Shown here in pieces: positions 50,756 to 64,000 of a DNA stretch of 64,000 nt. Each line of letters begins with the position of its first letter. Positions within the stretch are counted from its first letter, which is position 1. Location of the stretch: the NCBI GenBank assembly GCA_973895155.1, contig OZ316892.1, forward strand, positions 30,869,802 through 30,933,801, read 5' to 3'. Under the pieces are notes generated by a model. The model saw nothing but the letters and a program-made list of their open reading frames with translations. It did no database searches and was not told the origin of the DNA. Origin of the DNA: Marsupella aquatica. Its lineage: Eukaryota; Plantae; Marchantiophyta. Both the position numbers and the translations under genes were made by a program.

Positions 50756-53700
50756 TGTAGTTTGCTATGAAGAACCAAAAACAATTTAAAGGTCTTCAAA
50801 CTCGGTATTCGTTCCCATAAAGAACAAGATGGGGTTGATTTGATACATAAAAACACAAATGAGAGTTTAAGAACTCTCTTTAACACATAGTAATCAGAAT
50901 TGATTACTTTACTAAGGTATTTTGAAGATCGCTCCCCAGCGGTGAGTGGTTTTCAATGACAACTCAGCATCATGTAACCATAAAGTAATGAAAAGGAAAT
51001 GATTAACAAAACACAAGGAAAAATATCTCAAAGTATGCTAAGGGAGTCTGGAATAGACCAAGGTTACTCCTTAGACATAAGTCAAAATGAAAAGACTTAA
51101 GGTTTCAAATCCATATTGTTTTTCAGATCTAAATTGCTTACTAGAGTACCTTTTAAAATGCCGTCAACATGTCTTATCCTTTCTTTCTAAGTGGTACTCA
51201 GATAAGATCTAAAAGGTAGTTACTTCAACATTTAGATGGTACTAAGCAACATGAAAGAAAATCCATCACTTTCAAATAAGACTTAAACTCAGTGAGTTAA
51301 CTCCAAGAACTCAGGAGATTGTAATGAGTCACCCAAAGAGGAATCTGTCATCACAACTCAAAAGATTTACACAACTGGAATTTTACTTCCCATGATTTAT
51401 TCAAAGGATTAAATCACAAGAAGGAGGAAAGTCTTCTCCTGGTGTCAAGCTTGATCTCGAACTCTTAACATTCATGATCAACTGGCAGAACACCAAGGAA
51501 AGGCAAAAATTGCTAAACTTTACCATCATCTACACTAGTGGTAGAGGGGTCTTATAGTAAAAATCTACTGAGTGAGAGGTCACAGGGTCGAAGAGACATG
51601 CCTCTTCATACCCCTCAAAATTTTAAAATGGCGATTCAGTAAGTGAAAAGCCGGAAAAATGGCTAAGTATGAACTCGTAACTAGTAAACTATTAACTCGT
51701 AATCGGAAACTAGTAACTCTTAAACTAGTAAAAGCTAAGTCGTAACTCGTAATCGCGGTAAAGTAAAGACTTGATGAATTCAACTATTTTTAACTTCCTA
51801 ACTATAAGTCAGAAAACTCTGAGATTTTGCCAGGAGGTTTTCCTAGGTACAGACTATACACTAAAGAAGTATGACAGCTTCCAAAGCTCTAGAATGCATT
51901 TCTAAAAAATCAGATAAGATGTACTACTCTAAAAACTAACTAAAAGACTTCTTCAAGCTTGCTGTCGGATGTCGTCGGGTTCCAGCAACTCCACAAGGGT
52001 AACAATTCGGTTCTGAGTAACCTCCATCAGTTCAGCTTGGCGTGGGGATCCTCTGGAGTATGGTAGGCACCTCAGTTGTCTCTCAGGGTACATCAAAGGC
52101 ATTCTCTTCATCAAATAACATGAATCAATACGAAGGGCTTCTCTGTATATCCCGATCACATCATAGTTGTTGCAGGTAGCAGCATATACTTGGGGATAAT
52201 GGTACAGGAACTCATCACTACTCATCATCCTGGAATAGAAGGGTCGAAGTCTCCATCTGACATCTCTGAAGTATCGGTTGAATTCAGCTAGAGTCTGAGA
52301 AGTGACATTATTCCAGATCCTCTGTTTCTCAGCCAATGTACTGGTTGAAACAAGGGTAACCTTAGGTCCTTGTGGTATGTAATCGTGTTGTAGAGTAGTA
52401 GACTTCTTGCTCTGCATCAGGAAGGAAACCACAAAATCCAAGGCATAGGCTGCAAAGTTTCCAAAGTATGCCAGAACTAAGTCTGAATCCTCTACCTCTA
52501 CATCACCTTGGAGTAGCATCATAGCAAGAATAGGCCGAAAGTATATTGAGTCAATCCAGAACTCATCAAATTGTGCCATTTCCACTCTAGAAGTACCAAG
52601 ACACCTAAGATCGAAGATGTAGCTTGCCTCAGTCTTCTTTAGATAGTAGTATCTCCAGAACTCTCTAACCGGTGGTCTGTTGGCCTGCATTATTTTGCAA
52701 GTGGTGGCATACCTGTGTACTTCTGACTCAGGACGTCTAGGGTACCTGCTTTCGATAGTAGCATTCCGAGGTGTTTGAGTAGATGAAGTGACAATTGCTA
52801 CTAAGTCTGGATTGGATCTTAAGGCAGTATCAACATCTTCAAATCCCTGCCTTGGGGATGACTCAAGAGAATTATCATAAGATCTCTAAGTTTCACCATT
52901 TGAGGGTGGATCAGAGTCTTCAGGTAGATCTTTTCTGTCAAAAGGGTGCTCATATTGTGACCGATTGTAGGTGGGTCCTTCTGTGGGTTCGTAGTTGGAA
53001 TCAGGGCTGTAAGGTTGCGAACCTGGGCTAGGAGTAGGACTAGCAGTTGGACATTGTTGGATTAAGTTGCGGACCACAGATGCCATCTGTCAAGGTTCAC
53101 ACTGTAGTAGTTCTAACAAGTCATCCACAATGGCCACACAGCTGATACTATCTGTTACTGGAATAGGCTCACTTGTTTCTAGGGGAGGGGGGTGTACAGT
53201 GACAGGAGTACAGATCACAAATTCCATTGGTGCTAGTTCTCTTGGGGGAGAGGTCATTCTGACAGGACTTAGCTGATCATGAAATGGTGATCCCAAACTA
53301 ACAGCCTCCATTCTCAAATTATTAACAGCATCATATAGTCCATCATCACTGCAACTGAGGAGAGATGTCAACTTATCAATAAGCTGCTGATTCGACTCTG
53401 CCTTCAAAGGAGTGGAGGAGTTGGTCCTTAGGTTGACAGTTGCAAGAGCCAGTTCAGCAACGTTGGCTGATTGCTCAGGAGAATCTCTGTCTTCTCCAGC
53501 TCCAGGTTGATCTCTCATATTAACTCTTGGTGAATACACCACGTTATGCAGAGGGTGTCGAACCAGCTCTAAGTTATGAGCAGGTGTCCTATCTAATTCC
53601 ATCTCAGCATCCACATTCTGATCATGAGAATCCAGGGGAACAGCATCCACTGGTTCTTCCATACTTAGGTCTTCTTCAATGCCTAACTCAATCAGGAGCA

Positions 53701-56700
53701 GCCCTCTTTCCGTTTTCTCCTCTGGATATAAACAATCATAAGCATGATAGAGTTGAGACAAATAAATCTGCAGACGAGTGGGTCTACCTGCCTTCATGGT
53801 CCTCACCTGATCCTTCATCACATTGAAAATTAGTAGGGCCCAATTCACCTAGACAGATCCACTGTGTGCGGCTACAATTGTATTCACCAAAGCCACTGGA
53901 CAGATGGTTGGCTTCTTCGGGTGTAGAATGGGTACTAGAAATTCCAGAAGCACTCTCAAATCTGGATAAATACACTGTGTTAAATTCCAGCCATTGGTGA
54001 GATTGCGAGTCCCAGAGAAGTAAGGTGTAGATAAATCTTTCTTCTTCGAATACAATCCTTCTCCTTCTGAAGGGCAGCGGAAGGCATAAGCAATTTGTTC
54101 CACAGTCCATAAGCTGGGTCGAGCTCGAATAGTCTGTCGAAATTCAGGAGCAAGCACTGACCCCTTTACAAAATCCTGCAAATATGTGTCGAGCTCTACT
54201 TCCCAAGGAACGGCAAGTAGATGCTGCAAACCTAGCTGCTGTAAGGAAGTCCGTAAATTTGCATAGCTATTGGGCGCTGGTGGAATTTGGGCGACTATGC
54301 TCTTAGGAATTGCCAGAGTGTCAACTCGGTACTGTTCATCAATGCCGAGGTTTGCCATAGCTCTCATCCGATATGTTGAGTGCACTAAGGAGTGGGGAAG
54401 CTGGTAGAATCAACAGAGGTGGCAGGAATTAAGTTAGGAGTGAGCGCTCGAAGTCTAATTTGCCTTTTCTTCAATTCGCGTTCGCCATCCCGTTGCTAAG
54501 TCCCGTTGGAAGTAGCCGTAAGACGTCGCGATCATCGGTCGCCAACTCATAAAGCCCTAACTAGTAAGTCGTAACTAGTATACTCGTAACTAGTATACTG
54601 TCGCAACCCCATAACTCGTAACTCGTAACTCGTAACTAGTAACTCGTAACTAGTAACTGGAGTTTACTCGTAAACTTACTTTAAACTTGGGAACCGTAAC
54701 TTGTAGACAGAATGCTATCTCCGTTTTGTTATCAACAATTAGAGGTTAAACCCCATAAAAAATTTAAAAATTTTCAGTTTCTTCATGATTTTGGAAATAC
54801 CCACTACTTACATAGCCCTCTCCTCAAACGGCGCCGTGCCCTCACAAGCCTTTGGAATGCGGTAAATAATATTTCTTCACCCTGAAACCATTAATGCGTG
54901 TTGCTAGGGGTTCTCCATCCAAGGTTTCCAAAGATAAGGATCCATTTGGCCATATAGTAACAACTTTGTAAGGGCCGATCCAGTGAGTGTGCAGCTTCCC
55001 AGGGAAAAACATATACCTAGAGTCATACACAAGAGCCAAATCTCCTGGCTGTAGTGTCGGTATTTTTAACTTCTTATCATAGGACATCTTTCGTTTATCC
55101 TGCTGTTGAATGGTATGTTGTAAAGCTAGAAGTCTATGTTCTTCTAATTCATCCAGAATTTCCAACCTAGTGTGGAAACTATCAAGTTCAGGAACCCTCT
55201 CAGAGATCAGAATCCGTTCAGTAGGTAGTTCAAATTCAATGGGGGTAACACTATGCATACCAAAAGTTAAGTAGAATGGGGTTCGCAAGGTAGTAATCTT
55301 TTCTGCGGTTCTGTAAGCCCATAAAGCAGAGTGGAGTTTGATGTCCCAATCCGTTTTATGTGCTTCCACCATTTTATTCAATATTTTTCCCATTAACCCA
55401 TTAGCTCTTTCAGTCAATCCGTTAGCTCGGGGGTTATAAGGGGTGGTCTTTCGATGCTTACTCAAATATTTCTCCGTAATGAACTCAATTGTCTCATTAA
55501 GGAAGTGCAGGCCTCGATCACTTACCAATTCCAAGGGGCAGCCATACCTGGTAATAATGTTTTCAAATAAGAAATTGGCGGCTGTGGCAGCGTCATTCTT
55601 CCTAGTATGCTTAGCCTCCACCCATTTGGTGAGGTAGTCTGTAGCAAGAATGATATATCTGCTTCTACTTCGTCTAGCAGCAGGGGAAATGGGGCCAATA
55701 AAGTCTATTCCCCATTTTTCAAACGGAGATAGAGGCAAAATGGGAGTTAGAGGCCATTTTGATGTTGCAGTAGGCTTCCCTATTTGCTAACAAGGGTCAC
55801 AGCTTTGAATGTAGTTATAAGTGTCCTTGTGCATGGTAGGCCACCAAAATCCAGCATCCTTAATTTTCTTAACCGTTGTATTAACGGCATAGTGTCCACC
55901 TGAAGCTTCAGTGTGTAAGGCTGAGATGACCTTTGGAACTTCTTGAGCTTCCAAGCAACGGTGAAGCCTCTGATTTGGCAATAATTTAAATAAAACACCC
56001 CTCACAATAGTATACAGTCCGACTTTGTATAGGAAAACAGCTTTTTCTTCTGCATTCAAGCCTGGTGGATAAAGTCCATGAGTGAGCATCTGAACAATGT
56101 CAAAGTACCGTGAGTCTTCTCCCTCCAAATGCCATAGCTGCTCGTCTGGAAATTGATCAGACAAAGGTTCAACACTAGGATCTCCAGGAAGTCGGGATAG
56201 GAAGTCTGCATTCTCATGGTGTTTCCCGGCTCGAACCTGTACCTCATAATCATATTCTTGTAAAAGAAGGACCCACCTAGCAATGCGCCCACTTAAATCT
56301 GCCTGATTCACTAGGTATTTCAAAGAAGAATGATCCGTGTGAAAAATGGTTTTATAACCCAAAAGATAGTGCCGGAACTTTTTACAAGAGAAAATGACTG
56401 CTAAGGCCTCCCTCTCTGTGACCGTATAATTTTTTTCAGCATTATTCATTTGCCTACTGGCGTAATATATAGGGTGATCTTTCTTCTCATCATCCAGTTG
56501 ACTTAAGGTAGCTCCCACACAAAAAGCTGAAGCATCAATATATACATGAAAAGGTTTCTGCCAATCCGGCGGTTGTAGAATGGGCGCAAGAGTTAGCTTG
56601 TTTTTTAAAACCTCAAAGGCTGTTTGCCTGTCTGCAGTCCACACATATTCCGTGTCCTTCTTGAGGAGCTTAGTTAAGGGCATGGCAAGGTCAGCATACT

Positions 56701-59700
56701 TCCGGATAAATCGTCTATAATACCCCACATAGCCTAGGAAGCCTCGCAACTCCTTCAAATTTCCAGGGGGGTGTAATGCCAGAATAATCCGAACTTTCTC
56801 CGCATCCACTTCGATTCCTCTTTGTGAGATAACATGTCCTAGCAGAATACCTTCCTTCATACCGATGAAACATTTCTCAGGATGTAAGCATAATTGCGAC
56901 TCCCGGCATCTTTGAAACGTCAGTTGCAAATGGTTAAGGTGTCTCAAGGCCGCTCCATATACACAAAAGTCATCAATGAAAATCTCTAAAAATTTTCTGA
57001 GGAAATCCTGAAAGATGATCATCATGATTCTTTGAAATGTACCAGGGGCATTGCACAGACCAAAGGGCATAACACGAAAAGCATAGGTACCCCAATCCGT
57101 GGTAAAGGTAGTCTTGTCACGATCTTCCTCTCTGATTGACACCTGGTTATAGCCAGAGTATCCATCCAAGAAACTATATAATTCATGAGAAGCAACTAAA
57201 TCAAGGACTAAATCTATAAAAGGTAGAGGGTAATGATCTTTTCTGGTGGCTGCATTAAGTTTCCGAAAATCTTGACACACCCTTATCTTAGGCTTCCCAT
57301 CCGGTCCAGGTTTCTTAGGAACAATGACGATAGGTGAGACCCAATCACTACTAAGCACAGGATAAATAAATCCCGCTTCTGTTAATTTGTCCAGCTCTTC
57401 TTTAACCAACATAGAGTATTTAGGATTTAGGCGGTATTGCCTCTGTCTTACTGGTACAGCTCCTTCTATCAAGTCAATTCGGTGTTCACCCAGATGGGGT
57501 GGTATTCCTTTAAGATCCTTGTGACTCCACGCAAAAACATCCTTGTATTGAGTCAACAGGTCAACATACTTCTCTCTTAACTCACCTGTAATATGGTTAC
57601 TAATGTTTAGAAACTTCCCTGGCTCTATTTCAATCTTCTGACATTTTCGAGGATCTACAATACCGTCGGTGTTGTCTGAAAATTCAGCCTCCCAGGGTGG
57701 CTCTTTGTCATTTTCAGGGTTATCTTCTCTGATAGATTCCCCTTCAATGGCCTCGCGTCAGGAAGTGTTATTAGTATCTTCCTCTTTGATTGGGTCCTCT
57801 TCTGTCTCAAAAATATCCAAATAACCTACTTCTAAGGAATTAAAATCACGAGCTCTAATAATAAAAGTAGAGTCTGAAAAATCAGAAGTATAGCCATCGT
57901 CAGATTGAGTTTCTCCCAAATGAGGTTCATCTGTCCAACTTATAGTGACTCTTGGTTTTCCAAAGGACATCCGACGATGTTCCCAATCAACCTTGACTTT
58001 GGCTTTATACAACCAGGGTCTTCCTAAGAGTAAAGGAAAAGTAGAAGACACTTCCGGTCGAAGGACCACAAAATCTAAAAGAAATGTTAGACCTCCAATA
58101 ATAGTAGCAACACCAATAAGTTTCCCTACTGGTACAACTCTTGACTGGTCAGCCATTCTTAGGATTTGTAAGGTCTTTTCAAATGTAGTCAATCCAAGAT
58201 TGAAAGCGGTGTGACACGGGTAACGTGTCACTTGACCGAACCCAGGTCGTAGATTAGGACTTATACGGTCATTAGGACCGTAGCCATGGCGTAGAATAGC
58301 ACGTATAGCCGTCAAGTTGCCATTATGATTAGATTAGGAGTAGGTTAAGATAACCGAATAATTACGAGTTCAGGAAAGGGATTATTACGCACGACCGAGG
58401 TACGATGGCGGCAGCAAAGTAAAAATCAGTTAGAAGAATCACGCTTGGACCGAGGCGCCGACTTCAGCTCGTTATCAATGACCAAACGGCCTGACCTTCT
58501 CACGCTCGGGCTCGTCCTGGCACCCCCATAAGAGAGGAGCCGATGGCACTACGGGCCATTCGCTCATGTTTACCTTTTTGGAATTCACGGACGCTGCCAT
58601 CCGCTCGCCTTTTTGATTGAATCCAGTCAACCTTTACGAGGAAATTATCAAGGGAGAAGAGCGGAATGTGGCAAGATTTAGTCAGGACGAGCGAGGCCTC
58701 CGCAAAAAAGGACCAGCCAAGTGGGAACGCGGACGCAACGAACCGGACTACGAGGTTAGTATGACCCTCACAGCCTTGGGATTTTGGACCTTGTTTGGCG
58801 AGGTAGGTGCTAAGTTCTCCGAGACTTACTGGTACTCTTGCCCCGAGAAAGCCGCTTACGAACGAAGGTACACAAAGCTGGTAACCAAGGTAGCACTGGT
58901 TAATTGCGAAAGGACAGCCATCACCAGGGATTCTAGCTACAACGAGCTGCGAGACTACATCACCGAACTATATCTCAGCGAGGAAGGGCTTAGATCGGGA
59001 GCAGAGGCGATTCTTGAGGTTCCAGCTAAGTTCTTTAAGCTGAAGGACAACCAACGGCTTACTCAAGCGGAGTTCGACAAGATTTCGGGGTACCTAGACC
59101 AGCAGATCGCAGCCAAAAAGCGCCAAGAAGACATCAGCAGACAACGGGAAGCGGCGCGTAATCTCACGTTCCTCGGGGAAAGCTCCAACGCCTTCAACTG
59201 GGATATGGCTACCCCAGTGCCTCAACCAATGACCACCGGAGTACCACCGAACCAGTCCCAAGTCCGTCCAGTAATCAACACGGAGTGTTCTTTGGGTTCC
59301 GAGCGAGCTAGTCCGCAACTCGAACAGCGTCCTCGTAAGCGGTCAAGGACTATGACGGCCCCCGAATCAACACGGACCGACGCCGCGCCTGCACCTGCCC
59401 CGAAAAACCCCCCGACCAACCAGACCCGACGGCCCTCGGATAACCCGAAGTCCAACTTATTACAGGTAATCCGCGTCCCCAAGGTAGTCTGGATCGCGAT
59501 CAAGAAACTTGAACATGCGGACTATCTCAAGGAGCATCAGTTGGAGCGGTTCGCCCACTTACTATGGAGGCCGTGCGCCGCCGGGCCGAAGGAGATTTGT
59601 GAGTTCATCTCCAATTTTGACACTGATGCGTCGACCACCAAGGTTTCGGGGCAGACCTTATCACTCACGGAGCATCGGTTAACGCAAATTTTCTGCCTAC

Positions 59701-62700
59701 CAACCGGGCCGGTGCCGGTGGAAATCTGAATTCGGGATAAGGAGTATACGCCGCGGTACTTCAAACCCGAGGGTAAGACGGACAACGGATACAAGCAGGG
59801 GGCGTGCACCAACTTAACCTGTATGGAGCGGCTTAACTTCATACGGACTACCCTATACATGATTGAGCCACGATCCGAGATTTCCCTATGCACGATCGTG
59901 CAGGTGGAACAGTACAAACGACGAAACTGGGCCCAATTCTTCTACCGAAGATTCTCGGGGGAGCTGAAGCGGGCTCAGGGTGGTATGGCTATTGGAGGGA
60001 AGACTTACTTGGGAAGTCATATCGCCATTATCCTCGCCTGGTACAAGGCACGGCGGGAGGCCAGAGGAAAGAATACGGCCACCTCAGCCCCGGGTAATGT
60101 CACCCCCGCCCCAGAGGAGGCAACCCCGACTACGCGGACTACCGTCCCTCGGACAAACCCCGAGCCGGAAGCCCCGACTAATACTCCGCAACCGCCCCCT
60201 GTGGAAATTCCACCGCCTCCTTCCGTTGAGCTTCCGCTACCTGTAGTACAACCACCCCCAATCCCTCCACCACCTGAAGAAACCTTCCCCTCCCCAGTGC
60301 TGACTACGGAGGAGCTCATTGCCCCTGCCGAGGAACCACCGGTACCCGAGAGGATGGAGGACTACCAAGTAGCCCCGGGGACCATGGCCTACAACCTGGT
60401 CTAGAAGTTTAGCCAGACTATGTCTGGGGAGCTGGCGACATACATCGGACAACAAGTCTCGGCATACTTTCAGCCAGCCTTCTTCATGTTAGAGCACCAA
60501 CCACGGATCGTCAGCCGCTTGGAAGAAGAACTCATGGCGAAGGGGAATGAGATCGGGCGTCTCCAGATGCTGGTAGAGCACCTCGAGGAGGAGGCAACGA
60601 CCCGCCGCAAGGATTTAGTCCGCACTGTCGAACAGAGGGACGGACTAACCCAGGAGTTAAGCGGAGCGCAGGCCGAACTCAAGAAGCTGGACGACACCGT
60701 GCTTCAATTATGCTCAGAATCTTCGGCTCGGGTTACCAGCTTGACCGACCTCAACAAACAATTCCTGCAGGCAGCACAGCAGGTGGCTCGTCTCTCCGCT
60801 GAACGAGATAAATTGCTAGCGCAGGACCAGGTCCATCGCGACGCCATCGACCAGCTCAACTTGGAGGTGGCGCGGCTCCAGACTGAAGCCGATGAAGCTG
60901 CAAACGAGGCGGAGGAAGCATTACGGGACAACAAGGCTTTGCAGGACCGCATCACCCTGCTCGTCCTCCAGCGGGGAAAACCTGGGCCCACCTCTGATCA
61001 AGGCGGCTCGAGGTCTCGCCTCGACAAGGGGACCAGCCCTGGTCCAACCACTGCACACACGTAAGGGGTGGTTAGCGAAGGGTAGAAGCAGGCGCCGCAT
61101 GAGGCGGTTAAGTCAGCGGCATCTTTTGGTTAGGCGTAACGACAGAATGACTGTCATTAGGCGCCGATTAGCGGCAGTAGGAAGAATTAGGGCCGGTCAG
61201 TTAGGATCAGCCAACGTAGGATGGAGTCCATCAACGGACTAGAGTTTGTCAGTAGGCTTGGCCGCTGCCATTCCGGTTGGCACACTCGTAGTCGACGGTC
61301 AACCGGTCAGTGCAGCGCGACCAGTAGTCAGCAGATAGTTAGTCAGTAGGTAGTACCCCGGAAGGTAGTATCCTCCGGTTCTCTTCCGCTATGGTAGTAT
61401 TTAGGCTTCCCCTTCCGCGATGGGAAGGGGGGAGAAGGCTTAGTTATCTCGGTAGAAGAAAGGCGAGGCACGGGGAGTCCCGGCCTGAGTAGGGTCAGAG
61501 CGCACCAAGGAGTGAGAGCCAGAGTCGAGCTTGCTGGGCAAGTGCGAGGCAGGGCCTCGTAGAGACTGGGCATCGACTGCCGTTGGGCCTGCTGACCCCC
61601 TTTGAAGTCGAGTCAACCATGTAAACTGATGCTTCGCTGAGTAAATGTAGTCTTTTCCCCCTAATGTTTTTGAGAGTAACTGGTGTTGTGTGTATGCTTT
61701 GTCTGGGCAAAGGCGCCATTTTAAGGGACGTACCGGGTGCGGACTAATGGTAGGGATTGCCACTCATTGCATGTCACAAGGTCCTGTCACGTCGATGGCT
61801 TGAAAAGCCCCAAGTCGGGAGTTAGTCCGCGTCACTAACTGAGGGAATATTCCAGCGGTGGAAAATAAATATACCTATGTCAAGTACGAATTATGCGAGT
61901 GTTATACCAGTAAGTATATCGGCTTAGCCCGACTTAGGGCTATTGAAGGTCACTACACACCTCCTTGCCCGAACCCTCACCCCTACTGGTGGTCGAGGTC
62001 GCACCCAACCCGGATTTAAGGCCCAGGTTAGGGGTGCGACAAGCGGTCTCTTCTGTCATAATATTTACACTTGATCCACCGTCAACTGGTACGTCTGATA
62101 ATACACAACTCAAGATTTGAGCTTCTATCTCTGGTGGTCCCTTATCATCCCATTCAATTCGCATAGCCTCGACTGAAGGTAACTTTCTTTTCCTCCTTTT
62201 GCCGGTGAGCAAGGTTCTTAATTGCTTTTTATAGGTAGGGTTGTCTTGCAGTAATTCCCCAACTGTAATATTTGTCGGTTGATTCTTCACTACTTCTACA
62301 ATATTGTAACCTTCTGGCTTAGTGGTTATTGGTGTATTAACTGTTTGGTCAGAGTTCTTTCCTTCTTTAAGATTAGCTTCCTTTTCCACTGCAATGGGTA
62401 TTTCCTCAGTTAACTCGTGTAACTGAGCCTTAATTTCTTCTGATATGTCTGGTTGAAAATATTTTGGATCATACCTGTCGTAAGCTGGGTCATCCTCCTT
62501 AGGAATACCTTCTTCCGCTGGAATTCTTGACTTGCCCTTCCTCTTGGATGATTTCTTACTCTTGGGGTCCTCTTCTTTATGCTTCTTCCCTTGATGAGAC
62601 TTAGACCTTGTGGTAGCATAAGTTTTCAGAATTTGGTCTCTTTCCTGAATTCGTTTATTAGGCATCCCAATGACATTTTCTTGCACCAAGTGTTCTAAGT

Positions 62701-64000
62701 CGATATCTACAATGGTTCCTGACAATGGTTGGGTGTAGATATTATGCACTTCTGTTTCTTCCTCTGTACTTGTTTCAATAGTTACACGTCCACACTGGTC
62801 GGTATCTTCTTGACTGTATATCATCCTGACTTCCTCTGGTCGGGGAGCTTCCTTCACAGGTTCCTTAGCAAATCTCACCATCATCTTAGGCTTAGGTGGG
62901 TTCAGACATTCCACAGGGAGGTGACCTTCTTTTCCACAATTTCCGCAAATGGGAGTATATCCCACTTCTCTCTTTGGATACGGACAGTCTGGTGAGTAAT
63001 GTCCTAATTGGCCACAATTGTAACAAGTACCTCGTTCTCTTGGTACCCCTCTGGGCGGATATCCTCCGGGTGGTCCCATTGGTGGTCGTGGTGTTGGCCG
63101 GTTAAAAGAAGACGGTCCGGGTGCTTTTGGTTGAGCCCAAGTGGTAGGAGTTGTAGGGGGTGGAAAATATTGTCCCGCAAATGGTGCTTGAACTGCATAT
63201 ATATCTCCATAATCCATCATTTCTGCTTCCTCTCCAAAATTTACAGCACGCTGTAAAGTGGGGCACTCATGATGATAATGCCCTTGGTTATTACAACGGG
63301 TACACCAAACATTATTCCGAATAGTGGGAGGAATTTTCCGAGGTGGTTTAAGCACAGCAGCATTAACAGAGAGCTTAGTTAATTTACTAGTTAAGGAATC
63401 CATCATTTTATCCAGATTTTTAGCTTTTTGAGGGACTGTACTTTTTTGCATTCTTTTCTTCTTAGCAGCATCCACCTCCTCAGAACTTGAATCAGAACTG
63501 GTACTGCTACTAGAACTCGAGTCACTACTCGTTTCTTCAGTACTGGTGGTGTCACTTCCATCAGTTTCAGAGCTTGAGGAGGACTTAGACTTTGTTTTAT
63601 TTTTCTTTTTATTTTTCTTTTTATCTTTCCTTTTATTTTTCTTTAGATCCTTCTTTACTCGTTTCTTCTTTGAAACCTCTGAGTCTACATATTTTTGGGC
63701 GGCTTCTTGTGCCTCCTCAAAAGTGGTACCACCTTCCCTTCTTACGTACCTTGCAATACGGGATGGTAATCCATTGATAAACCAATCTCGTGTGGTAGAT
63801 TTTGCCGTGTTAGGATTATACTTATCCACCAGATCAAGTAACTTGTCTGCATATTTCCTCACTGAACCATGTTTCTTCATAGTTAGCTGAGAAATCCTTG
63901 CAAAGGCCCTTGCTTCAACTCCATCCTCTTTATATTTGTCTAGAAAGGCTGTTTTAGTTTTCCCCCAATCATTTTTATCTGGAAATCTGTCATACCATTT
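50756..64000 (-). mobile_element. Duplicated family-B Gypsy (LTR 50756-54812 with ORF 51953-54385; pol 54842-58209; gag 62047-64000)
   Basis: Matches 28183-41434. Confidence 0.94.
58210..62041 (+). mobile_element. Duplicated family-C solo LTR with LTR gene 58617-61064
   Basis: TSD AGCGG at 58205-58209 and 62042-62046; same insertion site as 35644-39475. Confidence 0.96.

Larger units (their letters stand above)
48874..64000 (+). repeat. Second copy of a direct segmental duplication (= 26301-41434)
   Basis: Identity starts at CACCAATTACGG (26301 / 48874). Offset is 22573 bp, then 22566 bp after one heptamer is lost at ~54615. The ORF set is near-identical. Confidence 0.97.

Noticed and set aside
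28183-54812. 28183-32246 and 50756-54812 as the paired LTRs of family B
   Set aside because: Both are preceded by the same family-C RT and followed by PPT plus integrase; they are products of the segmental duplication.

Overview
Eukaryotic heterochromatin, probably from a seedless land plant (inferred from the TE lineages), made almost entirely of nested LTR retrotransposons. (1) 1-2619: 3' part of a spliced, probably disabled gene for a beta-class N4-cytosine/N6-adenine DNA methyltransferase-like protein; its introns and 3' flank carry five copies of a 15-bp palindrome TAGCGCC-N-GGCGCTA. (2) Two Bianca-type Copia elements with TSDs (6219-16975, +; 42818-48372, -). (3) Three families of giant 3.8-4.6 kb LTRs, called A, B and C here. 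B and C are attached to non-chromovirus Gypsy bodies; A is seen only as a TSD-flanked solo unit and a truncated copy. Each LTR contains a whole ~800-1140-codon gene, and the three proteins share a conserved N-terminal domain, so TSD-flanked solo LTRs (9495-14046, 35644-39475, 58210-62041) leave complete gene copies behind. (4) A very recent direct duplication with a 22,573-bp offset: 48874-64000 repeats 26301-41434. All alignments and family calls were made by eye, without database searches.
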